From: Piromyces finnis finn
Taxonomy: Eukaryota; Fungi; Neocallimastigomycota
Length of the DNA stretch: 64,000 bases
Reading direction: 5' to 3'
NCBI GenBank assembly: GCA_002104945.1
Contig: MCFH01000021.1
Span: 124,001-188,000, forward strand
In this document: in pieces, positions 12,701 through 21,535 of the stretch
Layout: each line of letters opens with the position of its first letter
Position numbering within the stretch: position 1 is the stretch's first letter
Notes under the pieces: generated by a model
What the model was told of the DNA's origin: nothing
The model's input: only the letters and a program-made list of their open reading frames with translations
Databases searched by the model: none
Position numbers and translations under genes: made by a program

Positions 12701-14269
12701 AGCAGTTGAAGTAAACTCTTTGGAAAGTTCATCTGTAGAAACATTAGGATCGTTGAATTTTGCTGAAAGTATTTGGAATTTATTATGACTGAGAATAGAT
12801 TCCTTTTCCTCAATACATTTTAATCTATTCCATTTCAGAATTTTCTTAGGAACATTAAAGTCATTAGAAAAATCTTCCATAGGAATAATTTTACCATTAA
12901 TAAGAAGTGGCTTATGGTCTGACACAGGATAAAAATTATTTATAAATGATCCTGAGTGAATAAGATCTTTCATCTTCGAATTGATAAGAGCATGGTCAAT
13001 GTCGGAAGATTGATCACCTCGAGTCCAAGAGATAGTAGACCCTCTAAGCGGAAGAATTTCCCAATCTCCTAATCCATTAGTTGATAACCAGTTGGATAAT
13101 TTTACTTTAGACATATTAAAATCACCAACAAGAATCGATGGATGGGATGAATGAGTTTGTAACCACAAGCGAACTTCTAACTTTGCATGATCAACATAGA
13201 TGTTGTGATGACTATGAGGCATATAAACATTTCCAATCGAGCATTTGAATCTATTCCAGAGACTAAAAGTATAAATAGAAATAATATACTTTCCAGAGAA
13301 GTTTTCAAGTGAGGCTTGACACGAATTGTGAAAACCTAAATATAAACCTCTCATTCCTGGAACTGATTCGTCAGCTTTCTTGAAAAAGTGTCTATAGTTT
13401 CGCAAAGTAACACGACAAGGATAATCTGTATTCGAACCAGAACCATTACCAGTTTCTTGGAAACATAAAAATAATGGTTTGAAAATAGCTGTGAAATAGC
13501 TAATACTATCTCTCTTTTCGTGATTCCACCCATTGGTGTTCCAACTAAGACAAAAAGAAAAGTTATCAGGCTTGTTGGATGAGGAAGAATCGTTGCTATT
13601 ATTATTATTATTAAAGTCATCGTTATTAATGGATGATGCATCAGAGGAATAAGTAGAACTATTACTAGATGGCTGTGAAACTGAAGAACTATCAACTATT
13701 GAACTGTTATCAGAGTTGATAGAGCTATTAGAATTAATTGTTGAATGTTGAGATTGAAATTGTGTTTGCTGTAGATCTGGAATATTTTCATGATTGGAAA
13801 CTTGTTGAAGATCTTGTTGAAGATCTAGTTGAAGATCGGATTGTTGATGAGATTGTTGAACTGATTGTTGAAATGATTGTTGAATAGAATGTTGATGTTT
13901 ATTAGAAACTAAAATTTTACGTTTGAGAGTGGAAAAAGTGTATTTGTGATTCCTTCTACTACGAGCTGAAAAGGAAATTGAGGTAACTGAAAGTTTCTTC
14001 TTTAACATGTGTAAGATTTTAATACAATCTTTCGATGAACCATGAACCTTGACTAAGAAAAAGTGATCATTGAAAGTCTGAAAATATTTAACACTAATAA
14101 CTGAATTAAATTTATCTTCTAGAATAACCTCGAGTTTTTCCCATAGCATATTTACTGACCATGATCGAATACCACGGATAAAGAAGGAGCGAATATCATT
14201 TAAGGGGATACCATAAGACCGGGTACCACGTCTGATATAATTCTTGTCTTTAATATAAAGGACTGACAT
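9746..14269 (-). CDS. LINE polyprotein: RRM-like N-terminus, APE endonuclease, reverse transcriptase, CCHC zinc knuckle
   Basis: APE motifs SWNTNG, CFQET, LVGDFN, DIDHAL, SDHKP. RT motifs KASGPDGIP, YRGISL, QFGFR, LDLRKAYDSV, GVRQGCPLSP, FADD. Zinc knuckle CPCCKC..HWLLDC. Confidence 0.96.
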   Translation of the reverse strand: MSVLYIKDKNYIRRGTRSYGIPLNDIRSFFIRGIRSWSVNMLWEKLEVILEDKFNSVISVKYFQTFNDHFFLVKVHGSSKDCIKILHMLKKKLSVTSISFSARSRRNHKYTFSTLKRKILVSNKHQHSIQQSFQQSVQQSHQQSDLQLDLQQDLQQVSNHENIPDLQQTQFQSQHSTINSNSSINSDNSSIVDSSSVSQPSSNSSTYSSDASSINNDDFNNNNNSNDSSSSNKPDNFSFCLSWNTNGWNHEKRDSISYFTAIFKPLFLCFQETGNGSGSNTDYPCRVTLRNYRHFFKKADESVPGMRGLYLGFHNSCQASLENFSGKYIISIYTFSLWNRFKCSIGNVYMPHSHHNIYVDHAKLEVRLWLQTHSSHPSILVGDFNMSKVKLSNWLSTNGLGDWEILPLRGSTISWTRGDQSSDIDHALINSKMKDLIHSGSFINNFYPVSDHKPLLINGKIIPMEDFSNDFNVPKKILKWNRLKCIEEKESILSHNKFQILSAKFNDPNVSTDELSKEFTSTAFSIADELSITSANNVIKSSFHISQQIFNLQKIKMKLYKRFKKERIYDIDEFIKRIKIYRKLIDYIHKRCNEFRKQEYLHWIKTGCEYMKSHNPKKAWKWIKKTAKIGKDSFFIAQPIKNKNGELVVATEEQLDVWHDHFENLASDPSGISLDLEHWYEEPTNKRFSLPMLDEWDINQDISIDEVKSAILTTPNYKASGPDGIPIEFYKALVPSSNDSNNATDNNSSGNATSDNDAHGLNFILKLFNRIWDGDFPNSWNESSIVSIPKKGDLTDCDNYRGISLINNGIKLISKIVTTRISEYGLKNNFIRPEQFGFRKKEESISLFISIQEICRRRQLDNKETYLAFLDLRKAYDSVPIGNILHKLDCLGIRGKSLQFIKNLYLTSKANVKLDGQFSKSFDVKKGVRQGCPLSPILFNLFINDIFRECEDLGVSLGDTRCCGGLFADDIVICAPTRGCLKKMLRRVNEWALYNEMEFGIQKCSTMVIRPESIENQNKRDPTFYLAGQPIPTTDCYTYLGVPFDKNLSLKPVIKALNNKVLKGLFSVSKFLRNPNIPIPFKKLVLNSQVISRVSYFAPLLGSNKARSRIAQKHVNKGIRWVAGVHKAVSFISLYSISKDLNIPPLSAKCALAQVRCFNKWKNSNCIISHLVNYIPKFRKYTWCKSSRTLDKKLKKHGDVKAVKNFYWKDLKGNSIKAQYYDDNKFIETKDFIKLCYEYPEFAYGFYWLLKARSGYKLDARVAKAAKFVDPVCPNYCPCCKCGDQSIKHWLLDCPTFRDIRIKHYDSIVQLLNFFSQRNSNSPINNNEIDNISRDSNNINSNSNNSSNNNSNSNNSNSNNSNNNNNRNNNISNDSNSEDNNSNLDSNLVNDSNSSNNPVNINVYDYSSVCSKIFKFLLGGRSFNNINYNSREWKELCKRQIQSDTNEGTPFLTVTAELLTKIMPFAIGQQWSMFKRFEATSKSVNAEETVRQARRASATNGDHNFVP

Positions 14270-14916
14270 GATAATAAATTCTAATTAAAAATATTGAATA
14301 TAAAATAAATACTAATAAAAATTATAAATATAACGTGTATGGAAAAAAAATCTGTCTCTCTCTCTCTTCTTAAAAGTACTGGATAGTACAAAAATTGTTA
14401 CGATGCTTTGTTTAAAGTTTTTTTTTTTTTTTGAATTCTAGTTGTAAATTTTCTTTAAAAATTCTAGTTTTGGTTTGTTGTTAGTAAATTCGAATCGCTT
14501 TTTGACACTAAACTTGTTTGACTTTACTTTTCATTAAATATTTAAATTGGTAAAAAATTTGAATCAAGAATGTCGACACCAGAAAGCTTGTGAATAGTAT
14601 TTTTACATGATGTAGAGTGAATCAGTCTCTTACAAGAAACAATACAACAATAGCTACATGAATATAAAAGTACAATGCAAATGCTAAAGTTGACTACATT
14701 GGATTCTTACAAGAGAAGAGTAGTACTACATGAATACATGAATAAAAGAAAAAATACAGCAACAAAATGTATTACTCTTCTAATTAAATACTATACAAAC
14801 TTACCTGAATATCAAACATTCAACTTATTCATCAAATACTTAATTCGATGAATAAAATGTTTTTTAATCGCTCAGTACCATGAGCTTAGTCCTAATAATT
14901 TTCCCTTAAAGACTAA

Positions 14917-15159
14917 CCAAGCATCCATTGCGCAATGCTTGGATTTAATTCTTTCTACTCTCTCAGTACCATGAGCATGAGTAGACCCCCTTGATAAACT
15001 CCATTATTAAATAAATGAAGGCACGTTCCTAAGAGGGCACCAAGCATCCATTGCGCAATACTTGGATTTAATTCTTTCTACTCTCTCAGTACCATGAGCA
15101 TGAGTAGACCCCCTTGAGAAACTACATTTATTAAATAAATGAAGGCACGTTCCCAAGAG

Positions 15160-15162
<3 letters not shown>
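14917..15162 (-). repeat. Two tandem ~123-124-nt structured monomers at the 5' end of copy 1
   Basis: CCAAGCATCCATTGCGCAAT recurs at 14917 and 15040; each unit contains several inverted repeats. Confidence 0.92.
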
Positions 15163-15194
<32 letters not shown>

Positions 15195-15431
15195 GGCATC
15201 AAATATTATAAACTTTATTATTAATTTAATTAAAATTATAATACATGTAATAAAAAATTAAAAAATAAAAATAAAAATAAAAAAAATATGTTTAAATAAA
15301 CACAAATGAATAAAAATTGGGTATAATGTATTCTAGTAATTTTAATTAAAGTAAGAAAGCCACTATCATACTAAAGTATAATAATTGTATTTGACTTCCA
15401 ATGGGACACCGAGCCAAAGACCAAAATTTTA

Positions 15432-18400
15432 TCATGGGACAAAATTATGATCTCCATTGGTTGCGCTGGCCCTCCTGGCCTGTCTTACTGTTTCTTCAGC
15501 ATTGACGCTCTTGGATGTTGCTTCAAACCTTTTGAACATTGACCATTGCTGGCCAATAGCAAAAGGCATGATTTTGGTTAGAAGTTCCGCGGTTACCGTC
15601 AAGAATGGTGTTCCTTCGTTAGTACCAGATTGAATCTGACGCTTACAAAGTTCTTTCCATTCCCTTGAATTGTAATTAATATTGTTAAAACTTCTTCCCC
15701 CAAGAAGGAATTTAAATATTTTACTGCACACACTAGAATAATCATACACATTAATATTCATCGGATTATTAGAACTATTACTATTATTAACTAAATTACT
15801 ATCTAAATTAGAATTATTATCTTCACTATTGCTATCATTACTAATATTATTATTTCTATTACTACTATTGTTATTATTACTATTGTTATTATTAATATTA
15901 TTACTATTACTATTACTGTTATTGCTATCTCTGCTGATATTAACATTTTCATTATTATTGATAGGACTATTGGAATTACGTTGACTGAAAAAATTTAATA
16001 GCTGGACTATAGAATCATAATGTTTAATACGGATATCTCTAAATGTTGGACAATCTAATAACCAATGTTTAATACTTTGATCTCCACACTTGCAACATGG
16101 ACAATAGTTAGGACAAACTGGATCAACAAATTTAGCAGCTTTGGCAACTCTAGCATCCAACTTGTATCCGCTTCTTGCTTTCAATAGCCAGTAGAAGCCA
16201 TAGGCAAACTCTGGGTACTCATAACATAATTTAATAAAATCTTTAGTTTCAATAAATTTATTATCATCATAATATTGCGCTTTGATTGAATTCCCTTTGA
16301 GATCTTTCCAATAAAAGTTTTTAACTGCTTTAACATCTCCATGTTTTTTTAATTTTTTATCAAGTGTCCTACTTGATTTGCACCACGTGTATTTTCTAAA
16401 TTTAGGAATGTAATTGACAAGGTGTGAGATAATACAATTTGAGTTTTTCCATTTGTTAAAACATCTAACCTGAGCTAACGCACATTTGGCTGACAATGGA
16501 GGAATATTCAAATCTTTTGAGATAGAGTATAAAGATATAAACGATACAGCTTTATGAACTCCGGCAACCCATCGTATTCCTTTGTTAACATGCTTCTGAG
16601 CAATCCTAGACCTAGCTTTGTTGGATCCAAGTAATGGTGCAAAGTATGAAACTCTGCTAATCACTTGAGAGTTAAGTACTAGTTTTTTGAAAGGAATAGG
16701 AATATTAGGATTTCTTAAGAATTTACTGACTGAGAAAAGCCCTTTCAAAACCTTGTTATTAAGAGCTTTAATTACTGGTTTAAGGGACAGATTCTTATCA
16801 AATGGAACACCAAGATAAGTATAACAATCAGTAGTTGGAATGGGTTGTCCTGCTAAGTAAAATGTTGGATCTCTCTTGTTCTGATTTTCTATTGATTCAG
16901 GACGAATCACCATCGTTGAACATTTCTGGATACCAAATTCCATTTCATTATACAATGCCCATTCATTAACTCTTCTAAGCATCTTTTTTAAGCATCCTCT
17001 TGTTGGAGCACAAATAACTATATCATCTGCAAAAAGTCCACCACAGCATCGAGTGTCACCTAAACTGACTCCTAGATCTTCGCACTCTCTAAATATATCA
17101 TTAATAAAGAGATTAAAGAGAATAGGAGAAAGAGGGCAACCTTGACGGACTCCTTTCTTCACATCAAAAGATTTCGAGAATTGTCCATCTAATTTGACAT
17201 TAGCCTTAGATGTTAAATATAAATTTTTGATGAATTGTAGACTCTTACCTCGGATTCCTAAACAATCTAATTTATGGAGAATATTACCGATTGGGACTGA
17301 ATCGTATGCTTTCCTGAGATCTAAAAAGGCCAAATATGTCTCTTTATTATCTAATTGACGTCTACGGCATATTTCTTGGATTGAAATGAAAAGACTAATA
17401 CTTTCTTCCTTTTTTCGAAAACCAAATTGTTCAGGTCTAATGAAATTATTCTTTAGACCATATTCTGAGATTCTAGTGGTGACAATTTTGGAAATCAACT
17501 TAATACCATTATTGATAAGTGATATACCTCGATAGTTATCACAATCTGTCAAATCTCCCTTCTTAGGAATAGAAACAATACTGGATTCATTCCAAGAGCT
17601 GGGGAAATCTCCATCCCAAATACGGTTGAATAATTTAAGAATAAAATTTAAACCATGAGCATCATTATCTGAAGTAGTATTACTGGAAGAATTATTATCT
17701 GTAGCATTATTAGAATCATTACTTGATGGAACTAATGCTTTGTAAAATTCAATTGGAATACCATCCGGACCTGATGCTTTATAATTTGGAGTAGTGAGGA
17801 TAGCTGACTTGACTTCATCAATACTAATATCTTGGTTGATATCCCACTCATCAAGCATAGGAAGTGAAAAACGTTTATTCGTTGGTTCTTCATACCAATG
17901 CTCCAAATCAAGACTTACACCACTTGGGTCTGATGCAAGATTTTCGAAATGATCATGCCACACATCTAGTTGTTCTTCCGTAGCAACAACTAATTCTCCA
18001 TTTTTATTTTTAATTGGTTGAGCAATAAAGAAAGAATCTTTTCCAATTTTTGCAGTTTTCTTGATCCATTTCCAGGCCTTCTTAGGATTATGACTCTTCA
18101 TATACTCACATCCTGTTTTAATCCAATGAAGATATTCTTGCTTCCTAAATTCATTACATCTTTTGTGGATGTAATCAATGAGCTTACGGTAGATTTTAAT
18201 TCTTTTAATAAATTCATCTATATCATAAATTCTTTCTTTTTTAAATCTCTTATACAACTTCATTTTGATTTTTTGAAGATTAAAAATTTGTTGTGAAATA
18301 TGAAATGAAGACTTTATAACATTATTTGCTGAAGTAATACTGAGCTCGTCTGCAATTGAAAAAGCAGTTGAAGTAAACTCTTTGGAAAGTTCATCTGTAG

Positions 18401-19931
18401 AAACATTAGGATCGTTGAATTTTGCTGAAAGAATTTGGAATTTATTATGACTGATAATAGATTCCTTTTCCTCAATACATTTTAATCTATTCCATTTCAG
18501 AATTTTCTTAGGAACATTAAAGTCATTAGAAAAATCTTCCATAGGAATAATTTTACCATTAATAAGAAGTGGCTTATGGTCTGATACAGGATAAAAATTA
18601 TTTATAAATGATCCTGAGTGAATAAGATCTTTCATCTTCGAATTGATAAGAGCATGGTCAATGTCGGAAGATTGATCACCTCGAGTCCAAGAGATAGTAG
18701 ACCCTCTAAGCGGAAGAATTTCCCAATCTCCTAATCCATTAGTTGATAACCAGTTGGATAATTTTACTTTAGACATATTAAAATCACCAACAAGAATCGA
18801 TGGATGGGATGAATGAGTTTGTAACCACAAGCGAACTTCTAACTTTGCATGATCAACATAGATGTTGTGATGACTATGAGGCATATAAACATTACCAATC
18901 GAGCATTTGAATCTATTCCAGAGACTAAAAGTATAAATAGAAATAATATACTTTCCAGAGAAGTTTTCAAGTGAGGCTTGACATGAATTGTGAAAACCTA
19001 AATATAAACCTCTCATTCCTGGAACTGATTCGTCAGCTTTCTTGAAAAAGTGTCTATAGTTTCGCAAAGTAACACGACAAGGATAATCTGTATTCGATCC
19101 AGAACCATTACCAGTTTCTTGGAAACATAAAAATAATGGTTTGAAAATAGCTGTGAAATAGCTAATACTATCTCTCTTTTCATGATTCCACCCATTGGTG
19201 TTCCAACTAAGACAAAAAGAAAAGTTATCAGGCTTGTTGGATGAGGAAGAATCGTTGCTATTATTATTATTATCAAGGTCATCATTATTAATGGATGATG
19301 CATCAGAGGAATAAGTAGAACTATTACTAGATGGCTGTGAAACTGAAGAACTATCAACTATTGAACTGTTATCAGAGTTGATAGAGCTATTAGAATTAAT
19401 TGTTGAATGTTGAGATTGAAATTGTGTTTGCTGTAGATCTGGAATATTTTCATGATTGGAAACTTGTTGAAGATCTTGTTGAAGATCTTGTTGAAGATCG
19501 GATTGTTGATGAGATTGTTGAACTGATTGTTGAAATGATTGTTGAATAGAATGTTGATGTTTATTAGAAACTAAAATTTTACGTTTGAGAGTGGAAAAAG
19601 TGTATTTGTGATTCCTTCTACTACGAGCTGAAAAGGAAATTGAGGTAACTGAAAGTTTCTTCTTTAACATGTGTAAGATTTTAATACAATCTTTTGATGA
19701 ACCATGAACCTTGACTAAGAAAAAGTGATCATTGAAAGTCTGAAAATATTTAACACTAATAACTGAATTAAATTTATCTTCTAGAATAACCTCGAGTTTT
19801 TCCCATAGCATATTTACTGACCATGATCGAATACCACGGATAAAGAAGGAGCGAATATCATCTAAGGGGATACCATAAGACCGGGTACCACGTCTGATAT
19901 AATTCTTATCTTTAATATAAAGGACTGACAT
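15432..19931 (-). CDS. LINE polyprotein (APE-RT-CCHC), copy 2
   Basis: Near-identical to 9746-14269, with scattered substitutions and a shorter Asn-rich tract. Confidence 0.96.
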   Translation of the reverse strand: MSVLYIKDKNYIRRGTRSYGIPLDDIRSFFIRGIRSWSVNMLWEKLEVILEDKFNSVISVKYFQTFNDHFFLVKVHGSSKDCIKILHMLKKKLSVTSISFSARSRRNHKYTFSTLKRKILVSNKHQHSIQQSFQQSVQQSHQQSDLQQDLQQDLQQVSNHENIPDLQQTQFQSQHSTINSNSSINSDNSSIVDSSSVSQPSSNSSTYSSDASSINNDDLDNNNNSNDSSSSNKPDNFSFCLSWNTNGWNHEKRDSISYFTAIFKPLFLCFQETGNGSGSNTDYPCRVTLRNYRHFFKKADESVPGMRGLYLGFHNSCQASLENFSGKYIISIYTFSLWNRFKCSIGNVYMPHSHHNIYVDHAKLEVRLWLQTHSSHPSILVGDFNMSKVKLSNWLSTNGLGDWEILPLRGSTISWTRGDQSSDIDHALINSKMKDLIHSGSFINNFYPVSDHKPLLINGKIIPMEDFSNDFNVPKKILKWNRLKCIEEKESIISHNKFQILSAKFNDPNVSTDELSKEFTSTAFSIADELSITSANNVIKSSFHISQQIFNLQKIKMKLYKRFKKERIYDIDEFIKRIKIYRKLIDYIHKRCNEFRKQEYLHWIKTGCEYMKSHNPKKAWKWIKKTAKIGKDSFFIAQPIKNKNGELVVATEEQLDVWHDHFENLASDPSGVSLDLEHWYEEPTNKRFSLPMLDEWDINQDISIDEVKSAILTTPNYKASGPDGIPIEFYKALVPSSNDSNNATDNNSSSNTTSDNDAHGLNFILKLFNRIWDGDFPSSWNESSIVSIPKKGDLTDCDNYRGISLINNGIKLISKIVTTRISEYGLKNNFIRPEQFGFRKKEESISLFISIQEICRRRQLDNKETYLAFLDLRKAYDSVPIGNILHKLDCLGIRGKSLQFIKNLYLTSKANVKLDGQFSKSFDVKKGVRQGCPLSPILFNLFINDIFRECEDLGVSLGDTRCCGGLFADDIVICAPTRGCLKKMLRRVNEWALYNEMEFGIQKCSTMVIRPESIENQNKRDPTFYLAGQPIPTTDCYTYLGVPFDKNLSLKPVIKALNNKVLKGLFSVSKFLRNPNIPIPFKKLVLNSQVISRVSYFAPLLGSNKARSRIAQKHVNKGIRWVAGVHKAVSFISLYSISKDLNIPPLSAKCALAQVRCFNKWKNSNCIISHLVNYIPKFRKYTWCKSSRTLDKKLKKHGDVKAVKNFYWKDLKGNSIKAQYYDDNKFIETKDFIKLCYEYPEFAYGFYWLLKARSGYKLDARVAKAAKFVDPVCPNYCPCCKCGDQSIKHWLLDCPTFRDIRIKHYDSIVQLLNFFSQRNSNSPINNNENVNISRDSNNSNSNSNNINNNNSNNNNSSNRNNNISNDSNSEDNNSNLDSNLVNNSNSSNNPMNINVYDYSSVCSKIFKFLLGGRSFNNINYNSREWKELCKRQIQSGTNEGTPFLTVTAELLTKIMPFAIGQQWSMFKRFEATSKSVNAEETVRQARRASATNGDHNFVP

Positions 19932-20580
19932 GATAATTAATTCTAATTAAAAAATATTGAATATAAAATAAATACTAATAAAAATTATAAATATAACGTA
20001 TATGGAAAAAATCTGTCTCTCTCTCTCTTCTTAAAAGTACTGGATAGTACAAAAATTGTTACGATACTTTGTTTAAAGTTTAAAGTTTCTTTTTTTGAAT
20101 TCTAGTTGTTAACTTTTTTTAAAAATTCTAGTTTTGGTTTGTTGTTAGTAAATTCGATTCGCTTTTTGACACTAAACTTGTTTGACTTTACTTTTCATTA
20201 AATATTTAAATTGGTAAAAAATTTGAATCAAGAATGTCGACACCAGAAAGCTTGTGAATAGTATTTTTACATGATGTAGAGTGAATCAGTCTCTTACAAG
20301 AAACAATACAACAATAGCTACATGAATATAAAAGTACAATGCAAATATTAAAGTTGACTACATTGGATTCTTACAAGAGAAGAGTAGTACTACAAGAATA
20401 CATGAATAAAAGAAAAAATACAGCAACAAAATGTATTACTCTTCTAATTAAATACTATACAAACTTACCTGAATATCAAACATTCAACTTATTCATCAAA
20501 TACTTAATTCGATGAATAAAATGTTTTTTAATCGCTCAGTACCATGAGCTTAGTCCTAATAATTTTCCCTTGAAGACTAA

Positions 20581-20827
20581 CCAAGCATCCATTGCGCAAT
20601 GCTTGGATTTAATTCTTTCTACTCTCTCAGTACCATGAGCATGAGTAGACCCCCTTGAGAAACTACATTTATTAAATAAATGAAGGCACATTCCTAAGAG
20701 GGCACCAAGCATCCATTGCGCAATACTTGGATTTAATTCTTTCTACTCTCTCAGTACCATGAGCATGAGTAGACCCCCTTGAGAAACTACATTTATTAAA
20801 TAAATGAAGGCACGTTCCCAAGAGGAA
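20581..20827 (-). repeat. Two tandem 124-nt structured monomers at the 5' end of copy 2
   Basis: CCAAGCATCC recurs at 20581 and 20705. Confidence 0.92.
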
Positions 20828-21535
20828 TCCCAAGAGGGGAAGTGGAGAAGTAATTCCTATATTTAATAAAGATTTGCTAAGACTGATATTATTACTTAGT
20901 ATAATTGTTGTTGTTATTACTAATATATATATATATATTTTACTAAAAATTAATTAAATTTTTGTACTAAATTCTAGATAATTCACATAGGTTTACACAT
21001 AGGTTTGTTTATTACACATTTACTTCAATAGTTAAAAAAGTATAGGAATATACTTGTTTAACTATTTAACTATTTTTTATTTTTTATTTTTTATTTATTT
21101 ATTTTATATTTTTATTTATTTATTTTCTTTACATTTTTATTTTTACATTACATAAATAATTCCTTCATAAAGTAAAAAAAAAATATTTACATTTTTTTTT
21201 TTTTTTTTACTACTCTAATATTGAAAAGATCAGATTTTTTTCTAAACGATATAATAAAAGAAATTATTGTTGTTTTTTTTTTATAATATTTAATATATAT
21301 AAATATTTTCTAAAATATAAAATTATGGTGTATATATGATTATTATCGAAATAACCATTTTTTTTTCTTCTTTTTAAATAAAAACCTTTTATATCATTTA
21401 ATCCCAATGAATATTTTTAATTATTCCATTGTTTTTTAATTCTTTTTTTTTTTTTTAATTATTTAAAGAAGAAATATAAATTATATTTTCAATGAAAATC
21501 TAGTTGTTTTTCTTTTTCTTTCCTGTTTTTCAGAT

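Larger units (their letters stand above)
9473..15162 (-). mobile_element. Full-length non-LTR retrotransposon, family A copy 1 (~5.7 kb)
   Basis: Poly(T)34 at 9473-9506 (3' poly(A)), ~240-nt 3' UTR, intact 1507-aa ORF, ~900-nt 5' UTR with tandem monomers. TSD AAGTGGAGAAG at 9462-9472 and 20840-20850. Confidence 0.95.
15164..20827 (-). mobile_element. Full-length family A copy 2, head-to-tail with copy 1
   Basis: Poly(T)28 at 15164-15191, intact 1499-aa ORF, same 5' UTR. Flanked by TCCCAAGAGGGGA at 15151-15163 and 20828-20840. Confidence 0.95.

Noticed and set aside
14917-15162. 124-nt repeats as a CRISPR-like array
   Set aside because: They are contiguous monomers with no unique spacers and no cas genes, in a eukaryotic LINE UTR context.
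20705-20827. Assignment of the monomer to hammerhead, HDV, twister, pistol or 5S rRNA
   Set aside because: The CUGAG-N-GA sequence does not fit CUGANGA plus stem II plus GAAA. There is no catalytic C after the P4-like stem and no P3/L3 for HDV. Resemblance to the other classes is only a few bases. Left unassigned.
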